Below are positions 43,790 to 54,796 of a stretch of 64,000 nt of DNA, one piece after another. Origin of the DNA: Trypanosoma brucei. Its lineage: Eukaryota. The stretch's first letter is position 1. Each line of letters opens with the position of its first letter. The notes under the pieces are model-generated. The model was not told the origin of the DNA. It saw nothing but the letters and a program-made list of their open reading frames with translations, and searched no databases. The translations under genes and the position numbers were made by a program. The stretch covers positions 704,001 through 768,000 of the forward strand of contig CM000208.1 in assembly GCA_000002445.1 (NCBI GenBank). The letters are read 5' to 3'.

Positions 43790-46390
43790 ATGAGCTCCTT
43801 GACGGAATTGTTAACTGCGTTAGGTAGCCCAGACCCCTCAGTGCGGATTCCAGCGGAAGAACAAGTGAACCGAGCCAAGCAGGGAGGTTTAGGTGGGTTC
43901 CTGTGCAGCTTGTTGGAGGAGTTTCGGGATGAGTCAAAGCCACTGTTCGCTCGAAATATGGCTGGAACTTTGCTGAAAAACGCCGTTGCGCCAAATCTTC
44001 GTGAAACGGCAGCTCGTCGCGCTCTGGAACGGGAATGGAAAAATCTCCCGGTTGCCCTTCGGACTGAGGTGAAGCAATGCGTTCTGTCGACACTTGGTTC
44101 ACCAAAAAAAGATATACAGAATGTGGCAGCAAATATTATTGGGAATCTTTCGCGCATAGAGTTACCGGCAGGGGAGTGGCCGGACCTCATGGACATACTA
44201 ATAAGTGCAACGGAGTCTCAAAGTGAATTTCACCAGGTGGCAGCTCTAACAGCAATCGGTTACGTGTGCGAAGAAGGACATGACCACGAGGACGTTGAAG
44301 CAGCGTTGATAAATTATACGGGTGGCATTCTGAACGCTGTTGTGTGTGGTATGAACAGCGGAAAGGAGGAAGTGTGTTACTGCGCAACAAATGCGCTATG
44401 TAATGCCATGGAGTTCATTCATGACAATATGCAACAACAAAACCAGAGGGATCTTCTCGTCGACACTCTCTGCCGCACTGTCGCATCAAGTCACAACTCC
44501 CGTACTCGTGAAAAAGCGATGGAGTCGTTAGTTAAAGTTGCCGACATGTACTATTCCACACTTCCTAACTACATCGATCGGTTACACGCCATCACAACCG
44601 GGGCTATCTTTGGTGAAGAAGAAGGTGTTGCATTGCAGGCGATGCTTTTTTGGATTTCCATCTGTGAAACTGAATTGGATATGAAGGAAAGCGCTGACCC
44701 GCGGTGCTTATTCTACGCCCAAAAAGGGGCTTCCATGCTAGTGAATATTTGCCTTCAAACTATTGTGCGGCAGGAGGAGGGCCAAGAAGAGGGTGACTGG
44801 AACATTGCGATAGCTGGCGGTAAACTCTTACAGAGCCTTGCTATGTGTATTCAAGATCCTGTTGTCGATCTCGTAATGCCATTTGTATATAGTAACATTG
44901 AGGGCGCAACATGGAGAGAAAAAGAGGCAGCAGTTCTGGCATTTGGTTGTATTTTGAACGGTCCTAATGCAGATAAAATTCAAGATACCGTTGCGCAAGC
45001 TGTGCCCGGACTTCTGCAGTACATTCGTCATGATCATCCCTTGGTTGCTGATACAGCTGGCTGGGTACTCGCCACTGTGTGCGAACTTTTTGGTGACGTG
45101 TTTCTGCTTCAGCCGTGGAACCTACAGCAATTGATCAACATCGTCACACCAATGATCGGTGAAGGAACTGAGAAAGCTATCAGGGGGTGCCACATTGTAC
45201 ATAATCTCTCGCTTACCTATGAGGAGGAGGACTGCCAACCCACTAACGAGTTATCGCGATACTTTGCCGAACTGCTAAACGTGCTGCTTTTGGCGATTGA
45301 CAAGGGTGTCGATTACACTGTGAAAAGCGTCGCTCAAGAGGCGTTGAATGCGCTTATTGATGCAGCTGCCGTTGACTGCCTTCAGTTTCTTAATCTTCTT
45401 GTGCCTGAGCTGCACAAACGCATTTACAATGTGTTGGGAGAGCGTCAACAAGGCCAAGTGGGTGAGATGGAGGCTTCCTCATTGCTTGGCTTGCTGTGTG
45501 GGTCGCTGGGAAGCACTGCCAGGAAGTTGATGCTTGCGTTTAATGAGCATCTACAACCGAGTATGGAGATTGTACTGAAGATACTCGAGAACCCTCAGGG
45601 CACCGTTCTAGAGGAGGTGCTCACGATGTTAGGGAGTTTTGCTCATGCCGTTAAGCAAGGAATGGCACCTTACCTTGATCGCATCACAGGTCATGTGGTT
45701 AAAGCATTGCAGTGTGTGGATGAACCCGATCTTGTTACAGTGGCTGTGGGTACGGTGGGTGATCTTTCGTTGGGGGTACAGAAAGATCTCGCCCCTTACG
45801 TGGAAGGTATTCTTGGCGCCTTGTACGGCAATCTGCAGAACCCCGAAGTGGATCGCTGTGTAAAGTGTATTTTCCTCAACTGCATCGGCGATATTGTGTT
45901 GAACGTAGGCGAGGCGAACTTTGCTCAGTATGTAAACATTTTTATGCCGTTTGTCCATTCCATGTTTGAGCAGAGTTGTGGAGTAAACGTAACTGATGAT
46001 CCCGATAATGAGGAGTATGTTATGTCCTTATGGGAGAGTATCTCTACTTTGTACACGAGTGTGTGCCAAAGTTTTAAGGGCAACGAAATCCCTCTGGCTC
46101 CATATTTACAAAACATGCTACAGTTTGTCCTTTACACCGCACCTCTCGCCAAGTCTCACGGCTACGTTGAGGTGTTTATAGCGATCATCACAGTTATTGG
46201 CGATATGGCATCTGTATTGAAGAGTGTTTCCTTAAAAGAGTTGAGGCAGCAGGCGCAAAGCGCTCTTCTCTCCAGCGAGGTGGTGGCCATCGTCAAAGTG
46301 GCCGCAGAATTGAATGACGGACGTGATGGTTTCAGGGAGCAAGTGCGGTGGGTGGAAAGCCAACTTCAACAACTTTCAAAGGTGGTGTAA
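43790..46390 (+). CDS. KPNB1: Importin subunit beta-1 / karyopherin-beta (HEAT/ARM repeat protein)
   Basis: 866 aa. The N-terminal importin-beta N domain (ELLTALGSPDPSVRIPAEEQVNRAKQGGLGGFLCSLLEEF…ARNMAGTLLKN) is followed by an all-helical HEAT repeat body. Length and organisation are typical of importin-beta1. Confidence 0.75.
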   Translation: MSSLTELLTALGSPDPSVRIPAEEQVNRAKQGGLGGFLCSLLEEFRDESKPLFARNMAGTLLKNAVAPNLRETAARRALEREWKNLPVALRTEVKQCVLSTLGSPKKDIQNVAANIIGNLSRIELPAGEWPDLMDILISATESQSEFHQVAALTAIGYVCEEGHDHEDVEAALINYTGGILNAVVCGMNSGKEEVCYCATNALCNAMEFIHDNMQQQNQRDLLVDTLCRTVASSHNSRTREKAMESLVKVADMYYSTLPNYIDRLHAITTGAIFGEEEGVALQAMLFWISICETELDMKESADPRCLFYAQKGASMLVNICLQTIVRQEEGQEEGDWNIAIAGGKLLQSLAMCIQDPVVDLVMPFVYSNIEGATWREKEAAVLAFGCILNGPNADKIQDTVAQAVPGLLQYIRHDHPLVADTAGWVLATVCELFGDVFLLQPWNLQQLINIVTPMIGEGTEKAIRGCHIVHNLSLTYEEEDCQPTNELSRYFAELLNVLLLAIDKGVDYTVKSVAQEALNALIDAAAVDCLQFLNLLVPELHKRIYNVLGERQQGQVGEMEASSLLGLLCGSLGSTARKLMLAFNEHLQPSMEIVLKILENPQGTVLEEVLTMLGSFAHAVKQGMAPYLDRITGHVVKALQCVDEPDLVTVAVGTVGDLSLGVQKDLAPYVEGILGALYGNLQNPEVDRCVKCIFLNCIGDIVLNVGEANFAQYVNIFMPFVHSMFEQSCGVNVTDDPDNEEYVMSLWESISTLYTSVCQSFKGNEIPLAPYLQNMLQFVLYTAPLAKSHGYVEVFIAIITVIGDMASVLKSVSLKELRQQAQSALLSSEVVAIVKVAAELNDGRDGFREQVRWVESQLQQLSKVV

Positions 46391-47222
46391 AGAAGGAAAG
46401 AGACAAACAAACAAAGTGAGTTGTGTAAACGTACGGGTGAAAAATAGTCGCAAGGGTGTAATCACTGTAGTTGAAACAAAAAAAAGAAGGGAGAAGGATA
46501 ACTGCTACTGCTTGTTCCTTTTTATCTCCTATATCTAACTCTGCTTTCCTTGTTTTAGCGCGTGGGAGAAGAAACTCTTTTTTTCGTGTTCGTGAGAAGA
46601 GATAATCAACGATAGTCGTACGGCCGGTTATCCAGCAGTAGGGTATTAGTACGGCAGTTGGTATAAGTGCAAGGAAGGGGAAGGAGGAGGCGGAGAAGGG
46701 GCTAGCAATTGACAGAAAAAAAAAGGAAGAGAAAAGCGACGACGGGCGGTTCCAAAGCAAGATGAGGTTTGCTTCCTGTTTATGCGTGTGGCGCGCCGCT
46801 TGGAGCAGTTTGTTATAATAATTATTAATGTCATTAGTTACCGCCCTCCCCCCTTCTCTCTCTCCCTCCTTTTCCTCCTTCTCTTTGACGTATACACCTT
46901 CGACGTGCATTACTTTTTTTTTTCTTGGGGGTGGGGAGGTGCGTCACTTTCTTTCTTCTATATCGTTAGTTTGTTTCTAACCTGTACTTTGTCAGTGTGG
47001 GAGTGTTTCGTTACGTGGCGCTATAATGACGGAAACGCACTTCAGGCATCACGGGTGCATTTCGGAAGCAGGTGAAAAATGAGGAGAAGGAAGGTGCAAA
47101 AGTTTATGAAGAGGCACATGGAGAGAACGGCAATGGAAAAGGCAAAAAAAGTGAGGAAGCAGCAAGTGTGAGGGGAGAGTGTACAGAAGCGTTTGCGGCA
47201 TGTGGTGTCGTGTATATCTGTC

Positions 47223-47243
47223 TGTGTGTGTGTGTGTGTGTGG
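47223..47243. repeat. (GT)n microsatellite
   Basis: Direct reading: tgtgtgtgtgtgtgtgtgtg. Confidence 0.9.
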
Positions 47244-47295
47244 AGCTCCCTTCCTTCCTCAAGGTGAGCCATGTTTGAAATAAATGATTAAGCTG

Positions 47296-47316
47296 ATAAT
47301 AATAATAATAATAATT
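47296..47316. repeat. (TAA)n microsatellite
   Basis: Direct reading: taataataataataataat. Confidence 0.9.
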
Positions 47317-49099
47317 TTTATGTTAATTTTTTATTTTCGTGGTGGTCGACAGGAAACGGAAAGAAACAGGATAATGCACGATAGAAGCGCGCATCCCTGC
47401 CTATGAACTTGTTGGGGAGAAAGCGGGTAATAGAAATGAGTGGTTGTGAAGGTGCCGAAAGTGAAAACGGAGTTTCTCGTGGATAACAAGTGTGTGTGCC
47501 TCCCCATACACACACTTTTGTGTCTGTGCAATAATACGGTTAGGTGAGAAGTGAGCTGTTTGTGTTGATGGATATAAAGACATTTGGAAGCTGGTAAAGG
47601 AAAGAAGTTTGAAGTATGGAAGTTGGGACTAAGGGTGAGCGAGGATGATAGGACTTTGAATGCAACGCCATGTGGATGGGGAGGGAGAAAAAGAAAAAGG
47701 GAAAGGAAAAGAAGAGAAGGAAGCGATGAGCCAAGGATTACCACTCCCTGTAAATGTGATTTTTTTGATTTTTTGCTCCCCCTCTTCATAGTGCATTGAT
47801 GCAAAAAAAAAAAAGATAAAAATAAAAAGGATGTCATTCGATGGGCAGTGAAGTTGAAGCGCGTTGTGTGATTGATAAAACACTCATCTAGAGAGTAAGA
47901 GAGGAAGGGTGGGGTTAAGGGAAAAGCATATATATCTACTTGAACTTTACAGGTACTTGCGTTAGTGAAACCGACCGCGCCTGCGTATGTTTGCATGCGT
48001 GAGGTGATTGCGTTTTGTTCCCATTGGCCGTGCCCACATTGTCTTTTCCCGTTCTATTATTAGGACTGTCCTTCTAACTTCAGCTCACGTCTAACCCTCT
48101 TTACCTGTCACATTCCCCACCAGTTCACACATACGTACATACACACAAACTTCGCACCTTTCTGTGTGGTTTCTCACACTGCTTTTTGAGCCTTACGCAT
48201 CGTTGTCTTTTTCACGAGTAAAAAAAAAAAGAAAGAAAACGTTGTGTTTTGGAGCTCTTCGTAGCATCCATTACGTGCCCGCACGAGCAATAGCCGGCGT
48301 GTGTGCCGGAACTTCCCTCCCGTGTGCTGATGCAGTACGGTGTGGCCGAGGGGAAGGGTGTTGTTATTAAAACAACTATTTACACGTGATTAACACGACG
48401 GGAATCATTCATGCGCTTTGTTAACTAAGTACGCATATATATATATATATATATTTATATATTTAAGGTGCAAAGGATATATGTCTGGTTACTGTGACAG
48501 ATCCTTTGAGCGCTCGTGTGGAATGGCCCGCGAGTGTGTTCAAAGGAGATGTGACGCCCACCACTTTCATTGTGTTTCATCGGTGTAAAGCACGCCCTTC
48601 TCTTATATTGTGCTTCCTTTCACTCTCTATTTTCTTTTTGTCCATTCTCCCGTTTTTTTTCCACCTTAGCGCCTTGTAGTGGGCAGGTGGTAGCGAATTC
48701 TCTTGAGATAAAGAAAGCCATGCGTACAGTGTTGTTGGCGTACCCGCAGGAGGAAATAAAGTAATACATATATATATCTTTGCTTCCAAAACAAACTGTC
48801 CTCTCTCACCTCTCTTTCATTTGAGGGAAGAAACAAAAAACTGTGGTGAAAAAACAAAAAAGACAACATCAAGAAACACAGAGAGGTAGCAGGCTAAGAG
48901 CACACGAGAAGTTTAACCCGTAACACTACTGCAGTGCCTTTCCGTCTCGCATGCCACACAACACTAACTTTATTTCTAAACATCACCATCATAACAGTTG
49001 TCGACAGTTTGGAGGCAGAACTTGAGAAACTTTCCTTTTTTTTTCATAAAGAGAAGGAATTGCTTTAGGCAAACAATAAACGGAGGGGAGGAACCGAAA

Positions 49100-50236
49100 A
49101 TGGATGCGATCCCACCTGAGTACGATAAGGACACCAAGGAGCGCATATACCGCCAAGAATGGCTCGAGTATTTTAATTACATTGGATGGGACAGAGCGGT
49201 ATCTGAACATCCAGAGCAGTATTACTCCATCTTTCCCGGGGGCCATCACCACGCATTACACAACATGAACAACGGGGGGTCGGTTATGGGCGATATAATG
49301 GGGAAACAAGAGAATATTGGTTCTATAGGCGTGTCAGCTCCTATTTTAGGTAATCAGCGGCCAGCCGGTGGTGCATCATATAGAGCTGGCATCCTTGCAC
49401 CACCGGTGATGACGACAGCCTCCGCTGCCGCAAAAATGTTTCTGGATGACGGAAGCAGTAGCGGTAGTGATGGTGACAGTCGGTACTCTTCTCGCTCTTC
49501 CTCTTCCTCTAGCGATGCATCATCACTGGACGGGAGCAAGGAACGTGATGGTGAAGTAAACCGTGGTCAAAGGCGCTATGAGCGTGCCGCGGAAGCTGGG
49601 GCGTCAGAGGCTGACACGAAAAAGAGTGCCTCCAACCGTCGGCGTCATCGGAGCGGTAGTGGCACCAAGCGCCGCTCTCGGTCCCGTCACAGGCATCGTG
49701 ATAAGTCGAGGCGACGCAGCACCAACAATGATAAAAAGTCAGGGCGAAAACGAGAGCGCAGTAAAGACGCGGAGGAAAGTCGGGCACGACGTGACGACAA
49801 ACCGCCAAGAAACGAACAAAAAACAGGTCGACGCGACGAGCGGCGGGAGCGTGACAACAAGCACCGATCGAACGACAGGGACGAGCGCCGCCACCACCAC
49901 CACCGTTCTGACAAGCCTCATGGAAGTGAACATGGGCGTAACCGCGATCGTGAACGTGATCGGGAACGGGAACGGGACCGGGATCGTGGCCGTGAGCGTG
50001 AGCGGGAGCGTGACCGGGACCGGGACTGGGACCGCCGGAAAGAGAAGGCACCAGCGGGTGGCGGTAGTTCCAATGGGAGTCGGTCGCACAAGGGACATTA
50101 TATTCTTCACGAAGGCAATGATAAGTTTCGTGGAAGGGGGGATGGATCGATATCTGCCGGGGGTGATAGGTATGATGACAGAAGGGAAGATGCTCGCCAG
50201 CGAAGGCAACGTGATGAAGGGCGATACAGGAGGTAG
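49100..50236 (+). CDS. Arg/Asp/Glu-rich (RD/RE dipeptide repeat) protein, probable nuclear RNA-associated protein
   Basis: Track ORF 48998 starts at TTG; the first ATG is 49100 (MDAIPPEYDKDTKERIYRQEWLEYFNYIGWDR…). The C-terminal half is dominated by RS/RR then RDRERDRERERDRDRGRERERERDRDRDWDRR (~nt 49900-50040). This resembles RD/RS domains of splicing-related proteins. Confidence 0.55.
   Translation: MDAIPPEYDKDTKERIYRQEWLEYFNYIGWDRAVSEHPEQYYSIFPGGHHHALHNMNNGGSVMGDIMGKQENIGSIGVSAPILGNQRPAGGASYRAGILAPPVMTTASAAAKMFLDDGSSSGSDGDSRYSSRSSSSSSDASSLDGSKERDGEVNRGQRRYERAAEAGASEADTKKSASNRRRHRSGSGTKRRSRSRHRHRDKSRRRSTNNDKKSGRKRERSKDAEESRARRDDKPPRNEQKTGRRDERRERDNKHRSNDRDERRHHHHRSDKPHGSEHGRNRDRERDRERERDRDRGRERERERDRDRDWDRRKEKAPAGGGSSNGSRSHKGHYILHEGNDKFRGRGDGSISAGGDRYDDRREDARQRRQRDEGRYRR
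49900..50040 (+). repeat. Imperfect coding hexanucleotide repeat (cgngan)n encoding RD/RE dipeptide array
   Basis: Direct reading: cgtgaacgtgatcgggaacgggaacgggaccgggatcgtggccgtgagcgtgagcgggagcgtgaccgggaccgggactgggaccgc. It also generates long spurious ORFs in other frames and on the opposite strand (track ORFs 49509..50051-, 49563..50243+, 49739..50263-). Confidence 0.8.
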
Positions 50237-51625
50237 TGTATAATGATGCGCTACACTAAACAAAAATGTGTTTTGATTGTGTTTTGGAGCATGTGTGTGG
50301 TGAAGTGGTGTGTCACCCGCTTGCCCTTAGCAGGTGATTTGTAGACAACAGTGATGCCCCAGCCAGGAAGAAAATCGACTCGGGACGCGAGAAAAAGAAA
50401 AACGATGACAAATTACAACTTCCTGTTAATCACCACTGAGAGTTCGTTGGTTAAGCATTATTGGTTATCACCACACGCGTGTTTGGTTTTGCACCGTGTG
50501 TGGCGCAGGCTGCGTATGGTGCAGCAATTTCAAGCATACCTTATAATACGTTCCCTTATATGTTTCTTACCGTGTGTTTTTTTCTAACCACTCTCTCGGT
50601 ACCCAGCCGCCTGTTGTGCGCAACATCGTTGCTTTGTTATTTTTTTTTCTTTTGAAGCAACGTTGCTGCTTGATGTGTGGTTCTGTCAGTCCGTGTATGT
50701 TAGTGAAGGAGGGGCGGAATGCCGCCGTGACTGCTCGTGTTGTTAGAGTGTAGGGAAAGCGAATGCGTTTTTAAGCCGTTTGGTACAGTTGAATGTGGTT
50801 AAAAGGCTTCTCATTTCCCCGCAAACTAAAAAAAAAATAAATAACTCCTACTAATATACCTCACTCTCTTTCTTCTTCGGTGAACCAGCCTTTCTTGCAA
50901 CATTCAAAGATGAGGCATCACAGCAGCTTTGCTGCAGCATGTGTGTAAAGTGGATATGGCCATGCATGGGGAGGGAGTTCTAAATGGAAAAATAGGGAGA
51001 GTCTTGAGGGAAAGGAGAGGTGGCCACGGAAAAAACTTACAAGGGAAGTTGTTTATTTGTTCGTCTCCGTGTTTGCGTTTGTGTCGGGTGTGTTTGTTGT
51101 TGTTGTTGTGTTCTTACACCAGCACAAAGGAATATCGTTGGAAGTTCCGATAATGGGGATGTGCTGTAGCAATGAGAGAGTGCTTAATGAGGTAGGCAAA
51201 GTCAAACAGTTACGTGTATGGCTTGCTGCAATTGTCAATACCATTGATGGTGGACGCGCAGTAACGCGTGTCTTTTTGACCGTTTTAACTTTTTTTTCCA
51301 AAAATTCTCACACCATTATATGCGCTTGTGTTTATTTTCTTGGAAAGTTATTATTATTGTATCTTGTGTGTTCACCTTTATGCTCCATGTCTTGCACGGA
51401 CATCTCCTTCTCTTTTTTTTTACCTTTTATTCCTTTCTTGTGTAAATGGCACCGAGGGGGAGAATACAGAAAGGAACACGAAAGTGTGGGGTGTGTTATA
51501 TTCAAGCGTCCCTGTTTATATGTGTGCAAAGACCTGAGGAAAAAAACGAAGAAAAGGGTGATTAAACAAAAAAAAACCTCGCCAGACAAAATAGAAAGAA
51601 GATTACTTTTCTCATTCAGTGCAAA

Positions 51626-54600
51626 ATGACCAACCCACCCCAAGACACAAGCGGAATGAAGGAGCAAACGTGCTGGTGGAATGCTGGCTTACCTGCCACA
51701 CCCCTGTCATGTTTCGATCGTTCGCCCTCGCTGAGCAATGCAATTAGGTCTACTGTCTCCTCAACTCCACCATCCCATGGTTACGCTTTGGCAATAAATA
51801 TTGCGCCGGCCGAGACCAGGGACGGTAATAGGCTCCGTTCATGTATGTGTGCCAACCCTGACTGTAAAAACATTATATCATTTCCTCAATCGGGTTCAAC
51901 GTGTATCTATACGTGTTGCGGAAACCAATCGAAAGCTGTAGGAATGTGCGATGGGGCTATAGCTATGACACCAAGCTTCTGTCAGTCTCAAAATACATCG
52001 GACTTTGTATGCGGGAGTGTGCTTGGTTGTGGTAACAGAGTTGATGCGACGCCCTGTAACCTGCACGCACATGATAATTGGACAGGTGCACTTGGGAGTC
52101 ACCCCGCAGTCCAGGTTCCAACAGCTTCAGCCCCCGCACATACCCAAATTGGCGCGAAGAACTGTGTTGAGAGTATTGACGCCCAGAATGAAACTTGTGA
52201 AGAGGTAATGGAACCCTTTGAGTCGCGATTTCCTACTTCATCATGCGATCTTCATGCTCATGGGGAAGAGTGTGCGACACAGTCGGGGGAAAGTGACAAG
52301 AAGGTTATGATAGACTTACTTTTCCATATGTGGCGTCACGGGAAAACAGACGAATCTACTTCCGCACAAACGTGTAGGAGCAAATGTAGTGCAGTGGAGA
52401 CTCACTCATGTGCGCCCTCCAAAGTCGATCACGACTCACAGTGGGGGAAACCACTTCCTTGGCGTGCTTGTGAGAGCTCTCCCCCTTCGCATGATTGTAG
52501 CAATGCCTGCTCGCACTGCACCGTAAACAATCAACACATTAACGCATCTTCCCAGGATGCTGTGGCTGTGGGCAGGGAAGCAGATCCACATTGTTCTGCT
52601 TCTGGACGAAACCCACCTTCGACTGGCTCACGCCTGGAGCAGCACGCACTGCTAAACCACCTGAAGAAGACAGTGGAAAAGTTGCAGCAGAACTACAATG
52701 AACTTTACTGGAACTGTTTTTCGGATAGGAGCACGGACCAGAACACATCACAACCAACCTCAGGATCAGCAGGGTCGGAGAAACCTATTTGTAGTGCAGG
52801 AAAACGAAAAGAAGAGTTCGGCACCCGCACAAGCTGTCCGGTGCGTAATTTGACCGTGGAACCTGGCGACGATCATATGGGATCTGCCCCAAAAATAGAT
52901 GCTCGCAGTCGCTTATCAGGGGACTGCGTACCTCTACATACCACGAGTCGGGAAGCAGATGTGCCAAAACCCAAAGAATATGCTGCCCACATATCAGCTC
53001 CACCGGACGTAACGCCTTTCTATACGGGGCATTCACTGGCGACCTATATAGATAATGATGCCGAAGTATGCGTAGATAAAGACCAAATTTCGGCAGCACC
53101 AGGTATTGATACAGTAGATAGAATCAATAGATGTAAAGAGGCGGACATCAACGACTTGCCGTCAAGCTTCTGCCCGTTTCCTCCAGCAACACTAACCGCA
53201 TCATCACCCCCAGTCTCTGGTAGGTCAGCGAACGAAGGCGAGGTTTGTAATTACGGTACCGACAACGGGCTCCATAGCGAAAGTGCAAAAGATGAAAAAG
53301 TGTGCCGCAAGCTTGAAGAGAGATCCCCCCACGATTCGTTTGCTTCATTTCTTGTGTGTTCCCCCGACTCGAGCTTGACACGTCCCTTGTCGAATTCGAG
53401 ACCGCGTCGGAGCATTCCACTTACGTCTCCGGGTGATCCCGTAGCCACAGGTTCTGATGTCTATAACGTCTCGCCACGACTGAGCGACCGTCGTATAGTT
53501 TCGTCTGATGACTGGCGGCCACTCACACGCAACGCGGGTGCGGCGCAACGAGGCTTTGAGAGACGAATCGTATCGCCATCTCCGCGGGGTGGCACCGCGA
53601 CACGACCTCAGGGGGAGCGCATTTCATCGCATGCGAGCGTGGGTAGCGAAAGGGATCCAAGTGGATTAGTTCACACGGACAACTCTCCTCCAAGGCGGCG
53701 TACGGCTAACCTCACATTGCCAGGGAGCATCGCAACCACTTTCGCGGGCAATGACAGAAGAAGTCGATGGAGCCCTCGAAGACGTATAGCGCGGCCATCG
53801 TCACCACTCGCTGCGTCTTCGCGGTACGTAAGTCCTATACCCCACGAAGTGCGGACGGTGCTTCAACGCGACGAATCATTAACAATGTTAGATGCTCACC
53901 GGAGAAACATAGGGAAATTATCACCACAACCACCGAAGGACAACAGTATAGAGCACGTTTTTGCGAGACCGTGGACGGATGAGCAGGAAGTGACGGAGGG
54001 TGGGCGGAGGGCCCCAACATGGATACGCTATCAAAGGGGGTTTAACACCTCTTTGTCCAACATACCACCGGACACCTTTCGTCCTTCACGAGCACTGAGC
54101 TCTCGCGATTATATGTCACCTTCCACCGCTTCGTGGGACGCATCAACGTGGCGAGGCAATTATGTTGGCTCACGCAAGTGCGTTTCAGCTGAACGCCGAC
54201 CAAGGGGCATTGGCAACTCGCACGGTAGTGTCGACTTAGACAAGTACAACTTAGCGCAGAGGGACACTTACTGGCATAATTCACCAACACTTTTCTGCAA
54301 AAAAGAGAGCGAGGAAGTTCTGAGGTCGTGGAAGAAACTTGTGTCCCCCGAAGGGACTAATGAAATTGAAAGGAATGCATCGCCACCCTCGGTCCGCAGT
54401 ACCAAACAGGGACGCAATACGAAATCACCAGGCCAAAAGAGTAGTGGTCGCAGTTCCGTTGCAAGAATTAAGAATAAAGATAAGGGGAAATCTTCTGAAA
54501 AAGCAAATTGTTGCCCAGCTCCACAGAAATTAAATACGAGCACCAGGCGTTCAGTATCCAACGACGGTGCGGGAACGAAACCAGAGAGTCATGCGCTAGT

Positions 54601-54796
54601 AAGTACTGAAAAGCGCTGCAGATCACGCAGCGCCAGAAGGTACGGCATCTTAGCGGCTGCCTTGGATGTCAGCGGAGTCAGTACGGTAGAAGCCATCAAA
54701 GGCCTGAGAAGGCGCGGGAGGAGTAGGGACTCGTCCGTATCGCACCGCTTTGGGATTCGCAGAATGTCTGTTTCACCACGGAATGTCAAAAAGTAG
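51626..54796 (+). CDS. Hypothetical protein (1056 aa) with Cys-rich N-terminal region and Ser/Arg-rich C-terminal region
   Basis: ATG at 51626. N-terminal ~450 aa carry many Cys/His (CMCANPDCKNII…CIYTCCGNQ…CDGA…CQSQ…CGSVLGCGNR…CNLHAHD…CDLHAHGEEC…). The C-terminal half is rich in S, R and P (RSRSARRYG, RRRGRSRDSSVSHRFGIRRMSVSPR). Confidence 0.5.
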   Translation: MTNPPQDTSGMKEQTCWWNAGLPATPLSCFDRSPSLSNAIRSTVSSTPPSHGYALAINIAPAETRDGNRLRSCMCANPDCKNIISFPQSGSTCIYTCCGNQSKAVGMCDGAIAMTPSFCQSQNTSDFVCGSVLGCGNRVDATPCNLHAHDNWTGALGSHPAVQVPTASAPAHTQIGAKNCVESIDAQNETCEEVMEPFESRFPTSSCDLHAHGEECATQSGESDKKVMIDLLFHMWRHGKTDESTSAQTCRSKCSAVETHSCAPSKVDHDSQWGKPLPWRACESSPPSHDCSNACSHCTVNNQHINASSQDAVAVGREADPHCSASGRNPPSTGSRLEQHALLNHLKKTVEKLQQNYNELYWNCFSDRSTDQNTSQPTSGSAGSEKPICSAGKRKEEFGTRTSCPVRNLTVEPGDDHMGSAPKIDARSRLSGDCVPLHTTSREADVPKPKEYAAHISAPPDVTPFYTGHSLATYIDNDAEVCVDKDQISAAPGIDTVDRINRCKEADINDLPSSFCPFPPATLTASSPPVSGRSANEGEVCNYGTDNGLHSESAKDEKVCRKLEERSPHDSFASFLVCSPDSSLTRPLSNSRPRRSIPLTSPGDPVATGSDVYNVSPRLSDRRIVSSDDWRPLTRNAGAAQRGFERRIVSPSPRGGTATRPQGERISSHASVGSERDPSGLVHTDNSPPRRRTANLTLPGSIATTFAGNDRRSRWSPRRRIARPSSPLAASSRYVSPIPHEVRTVLQRDESLTMLDAHRRNIGKLSPQPPKDNSIEHVFARPWTDEQEVTEGGRRAPTWIRYQRGFNTSLSNIPPDTFRPSRALSSRDYMSPSTASWDASTWRGNYVGSRKCVSAERRPRGIGNSHGSVDLDKYNLAQRDTYWHNSPTLFCKKESEEVLRSWKKLVSPEGTNEIERNASPPSVRSTKQGRNTKSPGQKSSGRSSVARIKNKDKGKSSEKANCCPAPQKLNTSTRRSVSNDGAGTKPESHALVSTEKRCRSRSARRYGILAAALDVSGVSTVEAIKGLRRRGRSRDSSVSHRFGIRRMSVSPRNVKK

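Noticed and set aside
46332-47996. Long minus-strand ORFs (46332..46910, 47331..47996) in the large intergenic region
   Set aside because: The translations are extremely low-complexity (poly-F/L/S/P). They derive from pyrimidine and microsatellite tracts and have no start context or homology features. Judged artefactual.
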